This document shows, in pieces, positions 23,342 through 38,300 of a DNA stretch of 64,000 nucleotides (its first letter is position 1; each line of letters begins with the position of its first letter). The DNA comes from Isurus oxyrinchus. Taxonomy: Eukaryota. Below the pieces are notes generated by a model. It made no database searches. It was not told where the DNA came from and was given only the letters and a program-made list of their open reading frames with translations. Where the stretch lies: positions 26,908,001 to 26,972,000 of the forward strand of contig JANJGN010000024.1 of assembly GCA_026770705.1 (NCBI GenBank), in the 5' to 3' direction. A program made the position numbers and the translations under genes.

Positions 23342-26300
23342 GTAAGTGCTCTGATTAAAGTCCTTTAGCCTAATTTCTGTAATACAGATATTGTTCAGAT
23401 TCCAACTTATCACAAAGGTTTGCTGATGGGGAATACTAAACAGTCAAGTGTAACACTACTGGATCATTCAAATACAATTCTGTACTAAATAATATAGCTT
23501 AACTGTACTATTTTGATACAAAGTTTCTACTTATGTCCTTAAATGATTCATATTTAAATATAATAATGTGATGGAAAATTCTTTCCTAATAAGTTACAAC
23601 TTTTACAATGTATAGATTTTGCTAGAATCTTATTATGGATTGAACATCAAGGGTGATTCAGGCACTCAAATCCACAATGTTCAAAACGTAACATCTTTTC
23701 TGGCTGCATGTATAGAATCTTTACAGTGAAAATTAATATCAATTTATTACTTAACTTCTAACCTGTATTGTTATAACAATGGTTTAGTTTGTGAGCCGAG
23801 ATTATATACTATAAAATTCACCCAAACATTCAGGCCCCAATATCAGCTCGGAGGTACAATGCAAGTGTCCTTTAAAAACAAAAATATGGCGATAGTTACA
23901 GCAAAGAAGGTCATTCAGCCTATCATCTCAATGCTGCCTGAGAAAGGGCTGGCCAGCCTAATCCCACCTTTCAGCTCTTGGATCATAGCCTTGTGGGTTA
24001 CGGTAACTCAAGGCATATCCAAGCCATTGGCCAGCAGCGTCTCAGTAGTCAGAGCAAGTCAGAGTCTGAGCAGCCTGCCTCTAACTTTGCTGAAACCATG
24101 GGGTTACACCATGAAGGAATGGTAGGAAAAGGAACAGCAAAGCTAAGTAGTTGCACAAAGGTCTGTGTACATAGATGTATGTGAAAATGTTATGTTATGA
24201 ATGTATGGTCAGAATTTTATGCTTGGCGTGCGGGCGTGCGCCCGAGTGTAATATGACGCGCGATGAGGTCGGGTGTGCATCCCGGCATCATCACGCACTC
24301 GCGCGATATTTCATTTGGCGGGCATGCGCTGGATTTGTCTGCAGTCCCACCAATAGTTGAAAGGCCTATTAAGGCCTTTAACAAGGTAATTAACTTGAAA
24401 TTTATGCTGCCAATCCAACCTAACAGTTGACAGGCAGGCGAAAAGGCCAAGCGACCTTTACATTTTTTAGGAAACCTCATCCACAAGCAGGATGAGGTTT
24501 CCTAAAGCTGTCACACATTAAATAAAACTTAATTTTGAAATTAAAATTATGTCCCATGAGGGGACATGTTTTATTAAGTTTTTATTGTATTTAATAATCT
24601 TTTTAAAAAGCACTTCAATCTCCCTGAGGCAATTCTGTGAAAACAGTTCCGTGTCTCAGGGAGATTGAAGCGCTCTTTCGCGCACATGTGTGCCAGGCCT
24701 GCTCTCCCTCTTCCCCCACCCGCACAGGTAGCTCTGAGCACTGCCGCTCATGACCAACACAGGGTGGGCCTTAATTGGTCTCCCCTGTGAAATCGGGGTC
24801 CCAACCGCCCCCACCCGCTCCCACCAAGCCCGCCCGACAAGGGAAAAATTTTGGCCTATGCTCTCTGATTCACTCGTATAAGCGGTATTATTTTGTACCG
24901 CTTTCCCATCCTGCGCATGTTGCTGGGTGACAAGTTACCTTATGACTTGTTTGATAATTGTTTGAATACTAGAATTGATTGGGACCCAAAGGTGGATGTG
25001 CAAGGGTTGGTTGTTTGTAGGACTGCTTTATCTCAGCACCATGAGATGGAGGGGAGACATCAGTCCATAGTTGAAACCTAGGGCAGAATATTGCAGTCAG
25101 CGTGCAGGGGCGTGCCCAACAAGCCGACGCGTAAAATGACGTGAGATGATGTCGGGTGTGTATCCGCGTCTGCCTCCTTCCATCCTCGCCTAGCCCACCT
25201 GACATAGGTAAGATTCAGCCCCTAATGTGAACCTTAAATTAGTAAAGGCATCCCTTGAATCTCAAGCAGTAATGAGGCTGGTGCTACACAAGCAAGGTAC
25301 AGATAGCCCTAGTGGGGGTGGGGTGGGGTGAAGGGAAGGGATCAAAATAGGTTAAAATGTAGAGATAAAATAATGGATGGAAATACATTTAAAAATAATG
25401 GAAATAGGTGGGAAAAGAAAAACCCATATAAATTATTAGAAAAAAAAGGGGGGATCGGAAAGGGGTGAAGAGGGGTGGGGAAGGAGGGGAGAGTTCATGA
25501 TCTAAAGTTGTTAAACTCAATATTCAATCCAGAAAGCTGTAAAATACCTAGTCGGAAGATTAGGTGCTATTCCTCCAGTCTGCGTTGAGTTTCACTGGAA
25601 CATTGCAGCAAGCCAAGGACGGACATGTGGGCATGAGAGCAGGGCGGTGTGATGAAATGGCAAGCGACAGGGAGGTCTGGGTCATGCTTGCGGACAGACC
25701 GAAGGTGTTCCATAAAGCGGTCACCCAGTCTGCGTTTGGTTTCTCCAATATAGAGGAAACCGCATTGGGAGCAGCGAATGCAGTAGCCTAAATTGAGGGA
25801 AGTGCAAGTGAAATGCTGCTTCACTTGAAAGGAGTGTTTGGACCCTTGGACGGTGAGGAGGGGGGAAGTAAAGGGACAGGTGTTGCACCTTCTGCGGTTG
25901 CATGGGAAGGTGCCATGGGAGGGGGTTGAGGTGGAGGGGGTGATGGAGGAGTGGACCAGGGTGCCCCAGAGGGAACGATGCCTGCAAAATGCCACCAGGG
26001 GTGGTAAAGGGAAGATCTGTTTGATGGTGGCATCATGCTGGAGTTGGCGGAAATGGCGGAGGATGATCCTTTGAATGCAGAGGCTGGTGGGGTGGTAAGT
26101 GAGGACAAGGGGGACCCTATCATGGTTCTGGGCGGGAGAGAAAGGTGTGAGGGTGGATGCATGGGAGATGGGCCGGACACGGTTGAGGGCCCTGTCAACA
26201 ACCGTGGGTAGAAAACCTCGGTTAAGAAAGAAGGAAGACATGTCAGAGGAACTGTTTTTGAAAGTGGCATCATCAGAACAGATGCAACAGAGGTGAAGGA

Positions 26301-29300
26301 ACTGAGAGAATGGGATGGAGTCCTTACAGGAAGCGGGGTGTGAGGAGCTGTAATTGAGGTAGCTGTGGGAGTCGGTAGGCTTGTAATGGATATTGGTGGA
26401 CAGTCTATCACTAGAAATTGAGACAGAGAGGTCAAGGAAGGGAAGGGAAGTGTCAGAGATGGACCACATGAAAATGATGGAGGGGTGGAAATTGGAAGCA
26501 AAATTAATACATTTTTCCAGATCCAAACGAGAGCATTAGGTGGCACCAAAGCAGTCATCGATGTATCAGAGAAAGAGTTGTGGAGGGGGCCTGAGTAGGA
26601 CTGGAACAAGTACCCATAAAGAGAAAGGCATAACTGGGGCCCATGTGGGTACCCATAGCCACACCTTTTACTTGGAGGAAGTGAGATGAGCTTGAGGAGA
26701 AATTGTTCAGTGAGAGAACAAGTTCAGCCAGACGGAGGAGAGTAGTGGTGGGTGGGGATTGTTCGGGCCTCTGTTCGAGGAAGAAGCGGAGAGCACGCAG
26801 ACCATCCCGGTGGGGGACAGAGGTGTAGAGGGATTGGATGTCCATGGTGAAGAGGAGGTGGTTGGGGCCAAGGAACTGGAAATTGTTGACATGATGTAGG
26901 GTGTGAGAGGAATCGCGGATGTAGCTGGGAAAATACTGGACAATGGGGGAGAGAATGGAGTCAAGAAAGCAAGAAATGAGTTCCGTGGGACAGGAACAGG
27001 CTGACATGATCGGTCTGCCAGGACAGTGCTGTTTGTGGATTTTGGGTAAGAGGTAGAAGCGGGCTATCCGATGTTGGGAGACTATGAGGTTGGGAGCTGT
27101 GAAGGGAAGATCTCCAGAGGAGATGAGGTCAGTGACAGTCCTGGAAACAATGGCTTGATGTTCAGTGGTGGGGTCATGGTCCAGGGGGAGGTAGGAGGAA
27201 GTGTCTGCGAGTTGACGCTCAGCCTCTGCGAGGTAGAGGTCAGTGCGCCAGACAACAGCACCACCCTTGTCAGCGGGTTTGATGAAAAAGTCAGGGTTGG
27301 ACCTGAGAGAATGGAGTGCAGCAAGTTTAGAAAGAGACAGGTTAGAGTGGGTGAGAGGAGCAGAGAAAATGCGACCACTGATGTCACGCTGTCTCATCTT
27401 CTGACAAGGTACTTTACAGCCTTTCAGACTGAATATTGAGTTCAATGACTTTAGATCATGAACTCTCTCTTCCTTCTCCATCCCCTTTCCGATCCCCCTT
27501 TTTCCAATAATTTATATATATTTTTATTTTCCCACCTATTTCCATTATTTTTAAATGTATTTCCATCCATTGTTTTATCTCTACCTTTTAGCCTATTTCA
27601 ATTCCCCCCCATCCCACCCCACCCCCACTAGGACTATCTGTCCCTTGCTCGTCCTGCTTTCCATCCTTAATGTCCCCATTAGCACATTTTTTAGTTAATA
27701 TCACCACCGTCAACACCTCTTTGTCCTTTTGTCTATGACATCTTTTGGCAATCTCCACCTATCACTGGCCCTCTATCCAACTCTACCTGTCCCACCACCG
27801 CACCCCCCCCCCCCCCTTAAACCAGTTTATATTTCACCACTTTTCTATTTTTCCTTAGTTCTGTTGAAAAGTTGAAGAGTCATACAGACTCAAAATGTTA
27901 ACTGTGTTCCTCTCCGCAGATGCTGTCAGATCTGCTGAGTTTTTCCAGGTATTTTTGTTTTTGTTTTGGATTTCCAGCATCCGTAGTATTTTGCTTTTAT
28001 CTAAGTGTTTTTAGCACCTGTGTTACTGTATTGCTGAAGTTCAACACCTTATTTCCAAAGTCGTCATTATATTTACAGTGAGTGGTGATGATCAATCAAT
28101 ACCCTTCTGGCTGTAGGCAGAGGAGGACATGGTTAGGAGCCCATAATTAGACAATTGTTTCCATAGGTAAAATTAAAAGATGCTGTAATAACACATGTAG
28201 CACTCAGATCAATGTCGATATGGTGTGATAGTCAGCTGGCAAATCGGAGATACACTGCTGACTTTCCATTGTAAATTCACTCCACTGGAGCTGTGTGCAT
28301 GGAATCTTGCATACATGCACAGAGGTGTGTCCATGAATGATTCACTTTTAACATGAAAACACAAGAACAGGAGGAGGCCATTTTATCCTTTAAGCCTGTT
28401 CTGCCATTCTATGGCTAATATTAACAATACAAGAGCACAGGCAGGGTTGCTAACATCCCCAAGACATTAACAAGATTTTAAAAAGATGCTTCCGCAGTTC
28501 CCAGGAATTTCAATGAAAATCCTGAGAACCTTCAAATTAGACATTGCACCTGGCTGGAGTTATACCACAATTCAGGTAAGCTCCAAACAGACTGTGATGT
28601 ATTTCAATTCTTCTTTAATTTGTTGTTGATGCAAACCAAAGCTTCCACTTCTGTGTTACATCCTAAAGCCATTTCTCCTTTGATGTAAAAGTGGTACATT
28701 GACATAGGAACAGGAGTAGGCCATTCAGCCCTTCAAATCTGTATGTCATTCTATTAGATCATAGCTGATCTGCAACCCTACTCGAATTATCTGCCTTTTC
28801 TCAATATCTTTTAGTACCTTTGTCTAACAAAAACCTACAGGCATGCGTCAATCAGTGCCTTAATCCATCCCTGTTAGAATTTAAACAAAACTCTTGCGGC
28901 ATCACAATGTATGAAGTAACATCTGTGGTGATTTCCGGTGACAAAAATTAAGTGGAAATGCTGTAGGTTACAACTTAAAACCCCAGAGATATGCTCCATG
29001 TACAAAGCTTGGCTTTAAAAAAATACATGGAATTAGCAGACAATGTTGAATGGGTGAGATAACGATGAACGTTTTGGTCCTGAAATTCTGAAGAATCTGC
29101 GGCTGCAATTGTGCAGCCTCGCAATGGAAATAAAGCAAGAGACTTGGACAGTTCTTGGAATTTCATGGACTTTGTGGGCTTGGAATGTTAGGAACTTTCT
29201 CAACAGCAGGAATAGTTTATACCTTAGTGAGAAATTGTAGGTACTGTAGAAGGACACAATTCAGTGAAATTGCGCTGTGTGACATCAGATTTCTTTTTTC

Positions 29301-32300
29301 TCTCCACTTCTGTGAAAGCAATCACTTGAAGCCCCGTCTCGTATTTCAGCAAAAGCTTTATTATAAATCAGTTGATCTTAACTTAAATAGTGAGAGCTGA
29401 GAGAGGGAGCCTGAGGGGAACCAACATAAGAGGGCGGGACGCAGATGAACCGGCAGCATTGAGTTAGTGAGGACAATCTGGTAGAGTCAGAGCTTATGAA
29501 CGCTGAAATCTGAGAAAGAAATCTTCAAAAGTGGCCTCACTGCCACAGAAGGAACAGGCAGGTATGAGTTTGTTTCTTTATTTTATTAAATTGTTCATTT
29601 CTCACTGTTAAAATTCATTTCCATTGTGTTTTCGATTGGTAGGTGTAAACTCCAGTGCCTTTTGTTAACTATCTTAGGGTCTTAGTCTTTCAGTGGTCAG
29701 TTTCTTAGAATTTTATAGATCAGCATAGGGCAATGTGGTTGAGTCTTAACAGTCATAGCACCCTCAGTTGTAACAAACCTATATGGAAAATGGCACAATT
29801 GGTTTTTCTACACCACATGAACTGTAGTGGCTCTTGACGGCAGCAAATTTTTTAAGAGATGAGCAGTAAATGCTGACCTTTCCAGCAATGCTTGCATCCT
29901 AAGAATAAACATTATTTTTTAAAAATCTCAGTATCTTACAGATGTCAGTTTCTTAGATTTTTAGAATTCAGTGTTAGGTTTTTTATCAGTCAGTAGTAAT
30001 ACAATGGCAGGTCAGCTGGGATTCATTGCATGTGTATCTTGTTCTACATGGGAACTCCAGGATACTTCATGGAACCTGGATAACCAATGTGCAGGAATTT
30101 CTGCCAGTTTCCCGAGTTCAAGCTCCAAACATCAGTGCTTGAGAAGCAGCTGGAGTCATTGTAGTGCGTCCGAGGGTCTGAGGATATCTATGTTCCAGGA
30201 TGTGGTCACCTCCATGAAAGTACAGGGGGTGAGGGAAAGACACAGGTAGTGTTGTAATTCTCCCAGTGGTACCTACTAATTAGCTTTCAGTTTTGAATAG
30301 GGGGGAGAGTCTTTTAGATTCCCCAACCAGCAAAAAGTATCTCCCAGCGTCTACCCAATCAAGACCCTTTAGAATCTTGTATGAGATGGCCTCTCATTCT
30401 TCTAAAGTCTAGAGAATATAGGCCCAATTTACTCAGCCTCCCATTTTAAGACATTAATCCTAGGCATTAATCTAGTGAAACTGCACTGTACCGGCCCCAA
30501 TGTAAGTACGTCCTTCCTTAAATATGGAGACCAAGCTGCGCACATAATAATTCCAGTCATGATCTCATTAAACCCTTGACAATTGTAGCAAGACTTATTT
30601 ATTCTTTTACTTCAACCTGCTTGCAATGAAGGCCAACATGTCATTTGCCTTCCTAATTGCTTGCTGTAGCTAACTTTCTGTGTCCCTTGTACAATTACAT
30701 CTCTCTGAACATCAACATTTACAAGTTTCACATCCTTCAAAATATGTTCTGCTTTTCTATCCTTACAACCAAAGTGAATAACCTCACGCTTCTCCACATT
30801 ATATTCCATCTGCCTCCATAGTGCCCATTCACTTAACCTGTCTATATTTCTGCAGCATCTTTATATCATCCTCACCTCTTGTACTTCCACCTAACTTTGT
30901 ATCATCAAATTTAGATTTTTTACTCTCAATCTCTTTATCTAAGTCATTAATATAGATTGTAAATAGCTGAGGCCCTTGCAGCACTCCAAGAGTTACAGCC
31001 TGCCAACTTGAAAATGTCCCTTTTATCCAAACTTTCTGCTTCCTCTCTGTCTATCCTCCATCCATACTAATTTTTATTTTATTTTCATGGGACACCGGTG
31101 TCACTGGGTAGGCTAGCAATTATTGCCAATCCCTATTGCCCTTGAGAACTGAGTGGATTGTTAAGCCATTTAAGAGTCAACCACATTGCTGTTGGTCTAG
31201 AGTCACATGTAGGCCAGACCAGATAAGAACAGAAGATTTCCTTCCCTAAAGGACATTAATGAACCAGATGGGTTTTCCTGACAATTGACATCATTAGACT
31301 TTTAATTCCAGAATTTCACCATCTGCCATGGCAGGATTCAAAACCCCAGAGAATTACCTGGGTATCTGGAGTATAATTCCGGTGACAATACCACTATGCC
31401 ACTGCCTTCCCCTACTATTAGCCCTAGCTCCATGAACCTTTGTCTTACTTGGTACCCTTTTGTGTGGCACCTTATCGAATGCCCTTTGTAAGTCCAAGTA
31501 TACTACATCTACTTATTGACCCTATTGATTACATCCTCAAAAAACTCTAATAAATTTATTAAGCACGATTTCCTTTTCATAAAACCATGTTGACTTTGTT
31601 TAATCAATAAAATATTCATGTTTACAATATATTGTGGTCATTTAGATAGGCCTAATGTACATCAATAACTTAGGGGATTAGAACCACCATTTAAACACTG
31701 TTCAATTCAATAAATATGTTTGGGGTTATTTTTGCTGTCATTTTGTGCATTGCAGGTTAATTTCCTCTCTTTACAGCAAAATGGTGAATTGTGAATTATA
31801 CATATTTAAAAATAAATAATAAAAATTCTCCATTATTTGTAGATCAGTCTGATTGGACATAAGATCATGTTAGCAATGGATAAATTTTGTTCCTTTAGGT
31901 GGTCCAGTGATTGGGGAGGTGACTCAGCCAAGTCTGGTCAGCGTCCTGCGAGGGAAGTCAGCCACGTTAAACTGTACATTTAATTACATCGCAAATGACA
32001 GCGATTGGATCCATGTATCCTGGTATGAGAACTCGTCAGGGAACATTTATAGACGATATAAAACAAATGAGAAGTTCTGCATCCCTGCCATTGCTCCAGG
32101 TGCTTTTGGCCACTGTGCTATGATTTTGAAGATTGAAAATGTTACTTTTGAAATGTCTGATAATAAGTATACCTGTACAGTGAAGGTACCGACCGCCTAC
32201 CCACCATTAGAGAAAAAAGGACAAGGAACACGATTGCATGTTGATGGTAAATTGTATATTTTGTCATAAATGTTTATATATATGGTATAACTAAATTCTT

Positions 32301-35300
32301 TAAATAAAAAATAGCATAATTACAGGTAAAGATAATAGAATATCATCTCCAATGTGATAACTTATTAATTGCTGAAACCATGGGCAGGATTTTGTGTTTT
32401 GGGTTGGCACACTGATGTCAGGGTGAAATGGGGGTCCCAACTTTGCACTGTGTTGGAAGCAGTTATCTGACAATGATTTTCCCCAAACTGGCCAATAAAT
32501 GGTCAGAGGATATGCTCACTGCCATATTAAGGATGGCAAAACTGGCAGATCAACAGAAGGCCCGCCAACAACCTGCCATTGCAGGTAAGGGATAGAGAGG
32601 GTGCCTCCATCTTGAGGCATCCTTCTTCGTGCTTTTGAAATTCATGGGCCTGAATTTTTTGTTCATTAGGAAGCGGAAAGGAAATGGGCCTCCGGCCGCG
32701 ATTGGCCCCCGACCGCGATTTCATACTGGCTGGCCAAATGCACTGAGAAATGCTCAGCGCTGCTGGGGTGGGGGTGGGAAGAGAGCAGGCACCGACCTAA
32801 CTGAGGGTGCAGGTGAGCACTTGCAGTGAGATCCCTGAAGGCAGACAGCTGCCCAGGGAGCTGCAGACCTCCACAGAACAAAGGAACGACAAAAATGCTA
32901 CAAAACATGTCCATGCAGCACAATCAAGCACTTGAAAGCATACCTCATTAAAAAAAACAGTCCCCAGTTATCTCTTTTCATTTCATTTTACCATAGAGAT
33001 TTCATCCTGCCCTGGATCAAGGTTTGAGCAAAAATGTGAATGCCACCTGGGACAATGGCTCATCCGCCAACCGTAAATGTGGACGGGCCATGTAAGTTCT
33101 CCGTTAATTGCATCATTAATGGGCTTAATTGCCCGTTTAATTGTTGGCGGGTGCGCTTCCAACTACTGGGTGCTCCCGCCGAGCAAAATATCACACGAGT
33201 GCGTAATGACGTCGGGACGCTCACCTGACATCATTTCACGCTATTTCACATCCATTAGGGCCGGGCTTTCACCCACCCGCAGGACATAAAATTCTGGCCA
33301 TGAATTTAAAAAGGGCCACAGCTGCCAGGCCACCATTGTGGAGGGGGTGGGGGGGACCATGCTCCAGGGTGGCGTGCAGCCACAAGCTATGATTAAGTAG
33401 GTAGGGAAAGCCTCAAAGCCTGGCACACTGATCTACTTGTCTGCCACCTGGATATCGTCTCCAGGCAGATGGTCTGCTCCTGAAAGCTGCAGGGGGCCTG
33501 CACACCGGCTGGAAAATTCCAGCTGGCCTCTGATAATTGATCTTCAACTTATCTTAATTGCCTACTTGCCACTGGCAGCCTGGCCGTGGGATGTGATCAG
33601 CAAGCTGGCACACCAGCCAATGGTGCAAAATTACATGTCCACCTTCACCTCCATACTTGCCCACATATTGGGGTGAAAGTTCAGCACCATGCAAATGCAA
33701 TTACATAGAAGGTAATTGGTTAAAAATGTCAGATGTAAGGTTAGATAGGTTCTATATCTGTCGAAGGGTCATGAAGACTCGAAACGTCAACTCTTTTCTT
33801 CTCCGCCAATGCTGCCAGACCTGCTGAGTTTTTCCAGGTAATTCTGTTTTTGTTTTGCATTTCCAGCATCCTCAGTTCTCTTTGTTTTTATCTATATTTA
33901 TGATGTTTGTATCTTATGGGAGACTGCCCGTTTTACTACTGAATTTTTACATGTAGCTTCTTAGATGTCAACTTTAACTGCAATAATTCCATTTTGGCAT
34001 CTTATAATATTTGTGTATATGCATTATACATATAATTAATGATTTTCCATTCTAATTCTTATTTTTTTCTTAATTATGCAGAATAATTCAATTTAACTTA
34101 AATTCTTGGAAAAAAAAATCCAACATAATTTTAGATCTTTCATTACTTGAAAATCCAGAAACAACTTTGTGGCACCGTACCATAAATCCTATCTAATTTT
34201 AGGGTATCTATTGGCATGTTAAAGCAATAACATAAATCAAAAAGTGTCACTACAAAATAAAGAGAATATAGATACATACTGCACATTTATTACAAAAACA
34301 GTGATGCATGACATAGGCAAAAAGTGGGGTCCACATTGGTATGCATTGGATAAATTTGGGTTTAAAGATGTTAAATCCCAAAATTCCCATTAAAAATAAC
34401 AATGGGATTCATGCAAAATTTGACATTTTAGAGAAAAATGTAAGAATGAATAACTGAAACGCCTTTCTTGTCACAAAAGTGAAGGAGCTTTTGTGTGACT
34501 CTATTACTCAATGGGTTAGGCAATCTTCCAAGATTGAGATACAAATTATAGTCCCTGAGTATCCTCTGCATAATTTATTGAAATTAAGTTGCAATGTGTA
34601 ATGAGTGTGTAAAAATGCTTGACATTGGTTTAATATTGCTTCCTTTATCATTTATATGCAACATAACTTTAGTTTGTATTGTATGTTACAGTTCTGCCAT
34701 CTCCTCCGGCAATCTCTATTACTCAGGGAATATTAGTAGCTGAGAAAGAGTCTGTTTTGTCTTGCCATGCTGCAGGATTTTATCCTCAGAATATCTCCAT
34801 TAAATGGCTGCACCAAGAACAAAGTATTTCTCACAATGCTCTATCTTCACAACCAGATGTTAAATTGAGATATACGACTCGAGAGTCCACCTCCAGAAAC
34901 TCAGATGGCACATTTAACACTACCAGTCAATTGATTTTTATCCCCACTTTGCAAGACCATAGGACAATCTGTATTTGTCAGGTCCATCATATGACAAATA
35001 AAGAGCGAATAATAAAAGAGATACGGCTAAATGTGAATTGTAAGTATGTGAAACTCATGTGTTTTTTTATAGGCCTTTTGTTTTTAATTTTTAATTTGTA
35101 GCTGACTTCTAATGTAAGTTTGAAGTGGCCTAGCTGCTGACTGCTTCGTTGAAGCTTCAGAAGGTAATTAGGCAATATCAGGCTGGAGTGCACATATGAT
35201 GGCACGCTGAGCTTGGAATGCCCAGAATAGGATACTGTCTTGTCAGCTGTGACCTGGCTCTGAAATCCAGCTCAGATGGTTGGGATGATTTAGAAGCAGG

Positions 35301-38300
35301 ATTAGGCCACTCGGCCCCTCAAGCCTGACCTGCCATTCAATAAGACCATTTCTGATACACATTGCCACCTAACCCCGATAACCTTTCACCCCGCCCTTGA
35401 TTATCAAGAATCTATCTACCTCTGCCTTAAAACTATTCAAAGACACTGCTTCTACTGCCTTTTGAGGAAGAGTTCCAAAGGCTCACGTCCCTCTGAGAGA
35501 AAAATTTTCTCCTCATCTCTGTCTTAAATGGCTGACCCCATGGCTGGAATTTTCCAGCCCTCCCGCCCCCACCTCTCCCCGCAGTGGGTTTCCCTGAGGC
35601 AGAGTCAGCAAGCCATTGAAATCCCCATTCACATCGCTGGACCGGAAGATCCTGCCATCATGGAGGGCTGGGACATTGTGGCCCTTATTTTTAAATAGTG
35701 ACCCCTAGTTCTAGATTCTCCCACAAGAAGAAACATCTTTTCCACATCCACCCTATCAAGAAGGCATTCTAGATGTAATAGTCTTATGTAAGTTGAACAT
35801 TCTCAATGAAACTGACCTTGCAGCTGGAGTTTCTCTTTTGTAGTTGGGTCAAAAGCACATCATTTGACAATGCAGGAAGAGATAGACTTTGAATCTGACT
35901 ATTCTATACCTGATTTGGGAGTGCTAATTTTAAATTGGACTTGCAATGTTCTTGAAGAGGACTAATTTTCAGGACTGTAGGGGAAAAGCTGGTTTGTGGG
36001 AGTTGAACAGCTTAGACTTGGACAAGTCTAAGAACTTACACAGGTCTGATAGGCCCAATGACCTCCTTCTGTGCTGTAAGATTCTATTATATTTTCAAAC
36101 TTGTCTTGCGACAGTGAATGGTTCAGATAGTAAGGGATCCAGTTTTAAAATGAGGAAGATGGGGATGAAAAGGGGAATCAGGAGACATTTTTAACCTCAG
36201 GGTCTAAATTTATTAAATGAAATGCAAGCGAAGACTTCTATTTTTAACATAAATTATCTCAGTACCTGTTAGGTGTGCCTTTGAAGACACAAGGGTTGGG
36301 GAAAATCTTAAGAAGGTAAGAATTATCTCCTAAAAAAGGGAAAAATGTTGCCAAAGACTGACTAACTTTCAGGGTTAGAATGGTAGTATGTAGTTTACGT
36401 ATAGTTTCATATTTTTCTGACCACAAAAATATGAGGAAGAGAAATACCACCACAAAAAGGAACGGAGGAGGAATTGTACAGGACCCACATTTTCGTCCTT
36501 GACGTTGGGTATTGGGAGTTAGGAAGATTCTTGGCTTGGCCTGTGGACTGGAGCCAGGCCAGCCGATCCTGAAAAAGTTTGGAGGCAGCCACAGGGGTTG
36601 TCAGGTGCAGAGGAGGGCTGTTTAAAAGACTTGATGCTGTGGGACTTTGTCCCAGTTAAAATAAAAACAGAAAGACCCTCATCACTCACACTCTCTCACC
36701 CTCCACAACCTCCCCATGCTCCATTCATGTCATCTCATACCGCCCATCCACCTCTGTGACCCCTCTGCCCCATGCCAAGGTATGACCACCCATCAGCCCT
36801 TATAACCCCTCATGCCCCAGTTGCCAGGGTAAAGCCCCAATATAACCCCAATGGTCCCTCATGCCCCCCCTCCCCCAACATGCTAAGATATGCCTCTCAC
36901 AAACAACCCCTATGACACTTCATGTCTCCCATGCTAAGGTAAGTTCTCAAACTATGGCCCATAATGCCCCTTTTCCATGCTATGGCATTTACATGCCCAT
37001 TCACCCACAATATAGTGTGCACTGAATGCTATCGTGACAGCAGGATGTGCAAAGAAACGTTTTAAAAACCGGGCATTCATTGATAACTTTCCACTTTCTT
37101 TAAAAAAATCTCCTTTTCACTATAGGGCAATAAAAGTTTCAATCCAGACCCTTTAAAGTTTCAACTTTACCTTCAAGTTTACCTTGTATAAATAAACATT
37201 GTGAAATTGACAGCAGAGATCAGTGCCACGGGCATCAACCAGGCAATGTTTTCCCTGGGGTTCAGGTGTTTCAAAAAACTAATGGATTTCTGGTGTCTCA
37301 GCCAAACCTCATTATGTATTCTTTCCTGAGAGCCCAGACACCTGAACTCCATGGAAAACATTGCTTGATTGACAGCTCTGGTTTTCTGATTTTTGCTGTC
37401 AATTTCAAAATGTTTATTTACTCAAGGTTAAGAAGTTTCTAGTGCCGGCAGCTTCAGCTATTGAAACTTTCAAGGGTCTGGATGATTGATATTTTTATTA
37501 CCCTGCTGTAAAAGGAATTTTTTTAAGAAAGTTATTAATGAATTACTGTTTTTAGAATTTTTTTTATACACATCCTACTGTCACTAAAGGTTTATTTGCT
37601 TCTATACAGCGCATAGTGGGTGAATGGGCATGGAGGTGCCATAACCTGACATGGGAAGCATGATGGCCCATAGGGATTGTTTAGGTCAGTATACCTTGGC
37701 ATGGGGGACATGAGGAGGAACTTACATTTTAAAAGGGCCCCTCATACAGACTATGATTCACAATACCTCTGAAGTGCCGTGAGCCTTGAAAACCTGGGCC
37801 GACTCCACAAAAATTGCGAAGGATTAGAAGATGCCTATCCCGCAGTGGAGCTGGCCAGGTCAGAAGTGCGGGCTGGGGGCTTTTGACCCAAACCAGCCCA
37901 CAGTATTTAAAGGCTCTGTTGAAAATTGGAATCCCTGGGAATGGTGTCAGGAATCCTGGAATCAGGTCTCAGCTGTCATTTTTAAAAAGCTCCTGAGTCA
38001 TCCCAATTCGGTGAAAATCCAGGCCGAAGTCAAGCTTTGTTATTCTTGCACATTTTCAGTGACTGGTTTGAAAGTGGTATGAACTTGAGAGTGGTTGTCA
38101 GCCTGTCTTTTGTTTAGGAATAAAATTCCATTTAACATTCAGTCACTCCATAAGTGTAATAAGAAGAACAATAATGTCAATACTTTTTAAAAAACAGTTC
38201 TGCGGCCTTGGATAAATATTATAATACAAGATATGTATTCACACAGGAAGAATGTACCCTCAATTAAGGCATTTAATTCCAGTCAGTTTTGTCTAGTTAC

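Noticed and set aside
32111-32182. RSS-like heptamers CACTGTG (32111) and TACAGTG (32176) in the V exon
   Set aside because: No nonamer at 12- or 23-bp spacing in the orientations checked, and the second lacks the essential CAC. The exon already includes its J-like strand.
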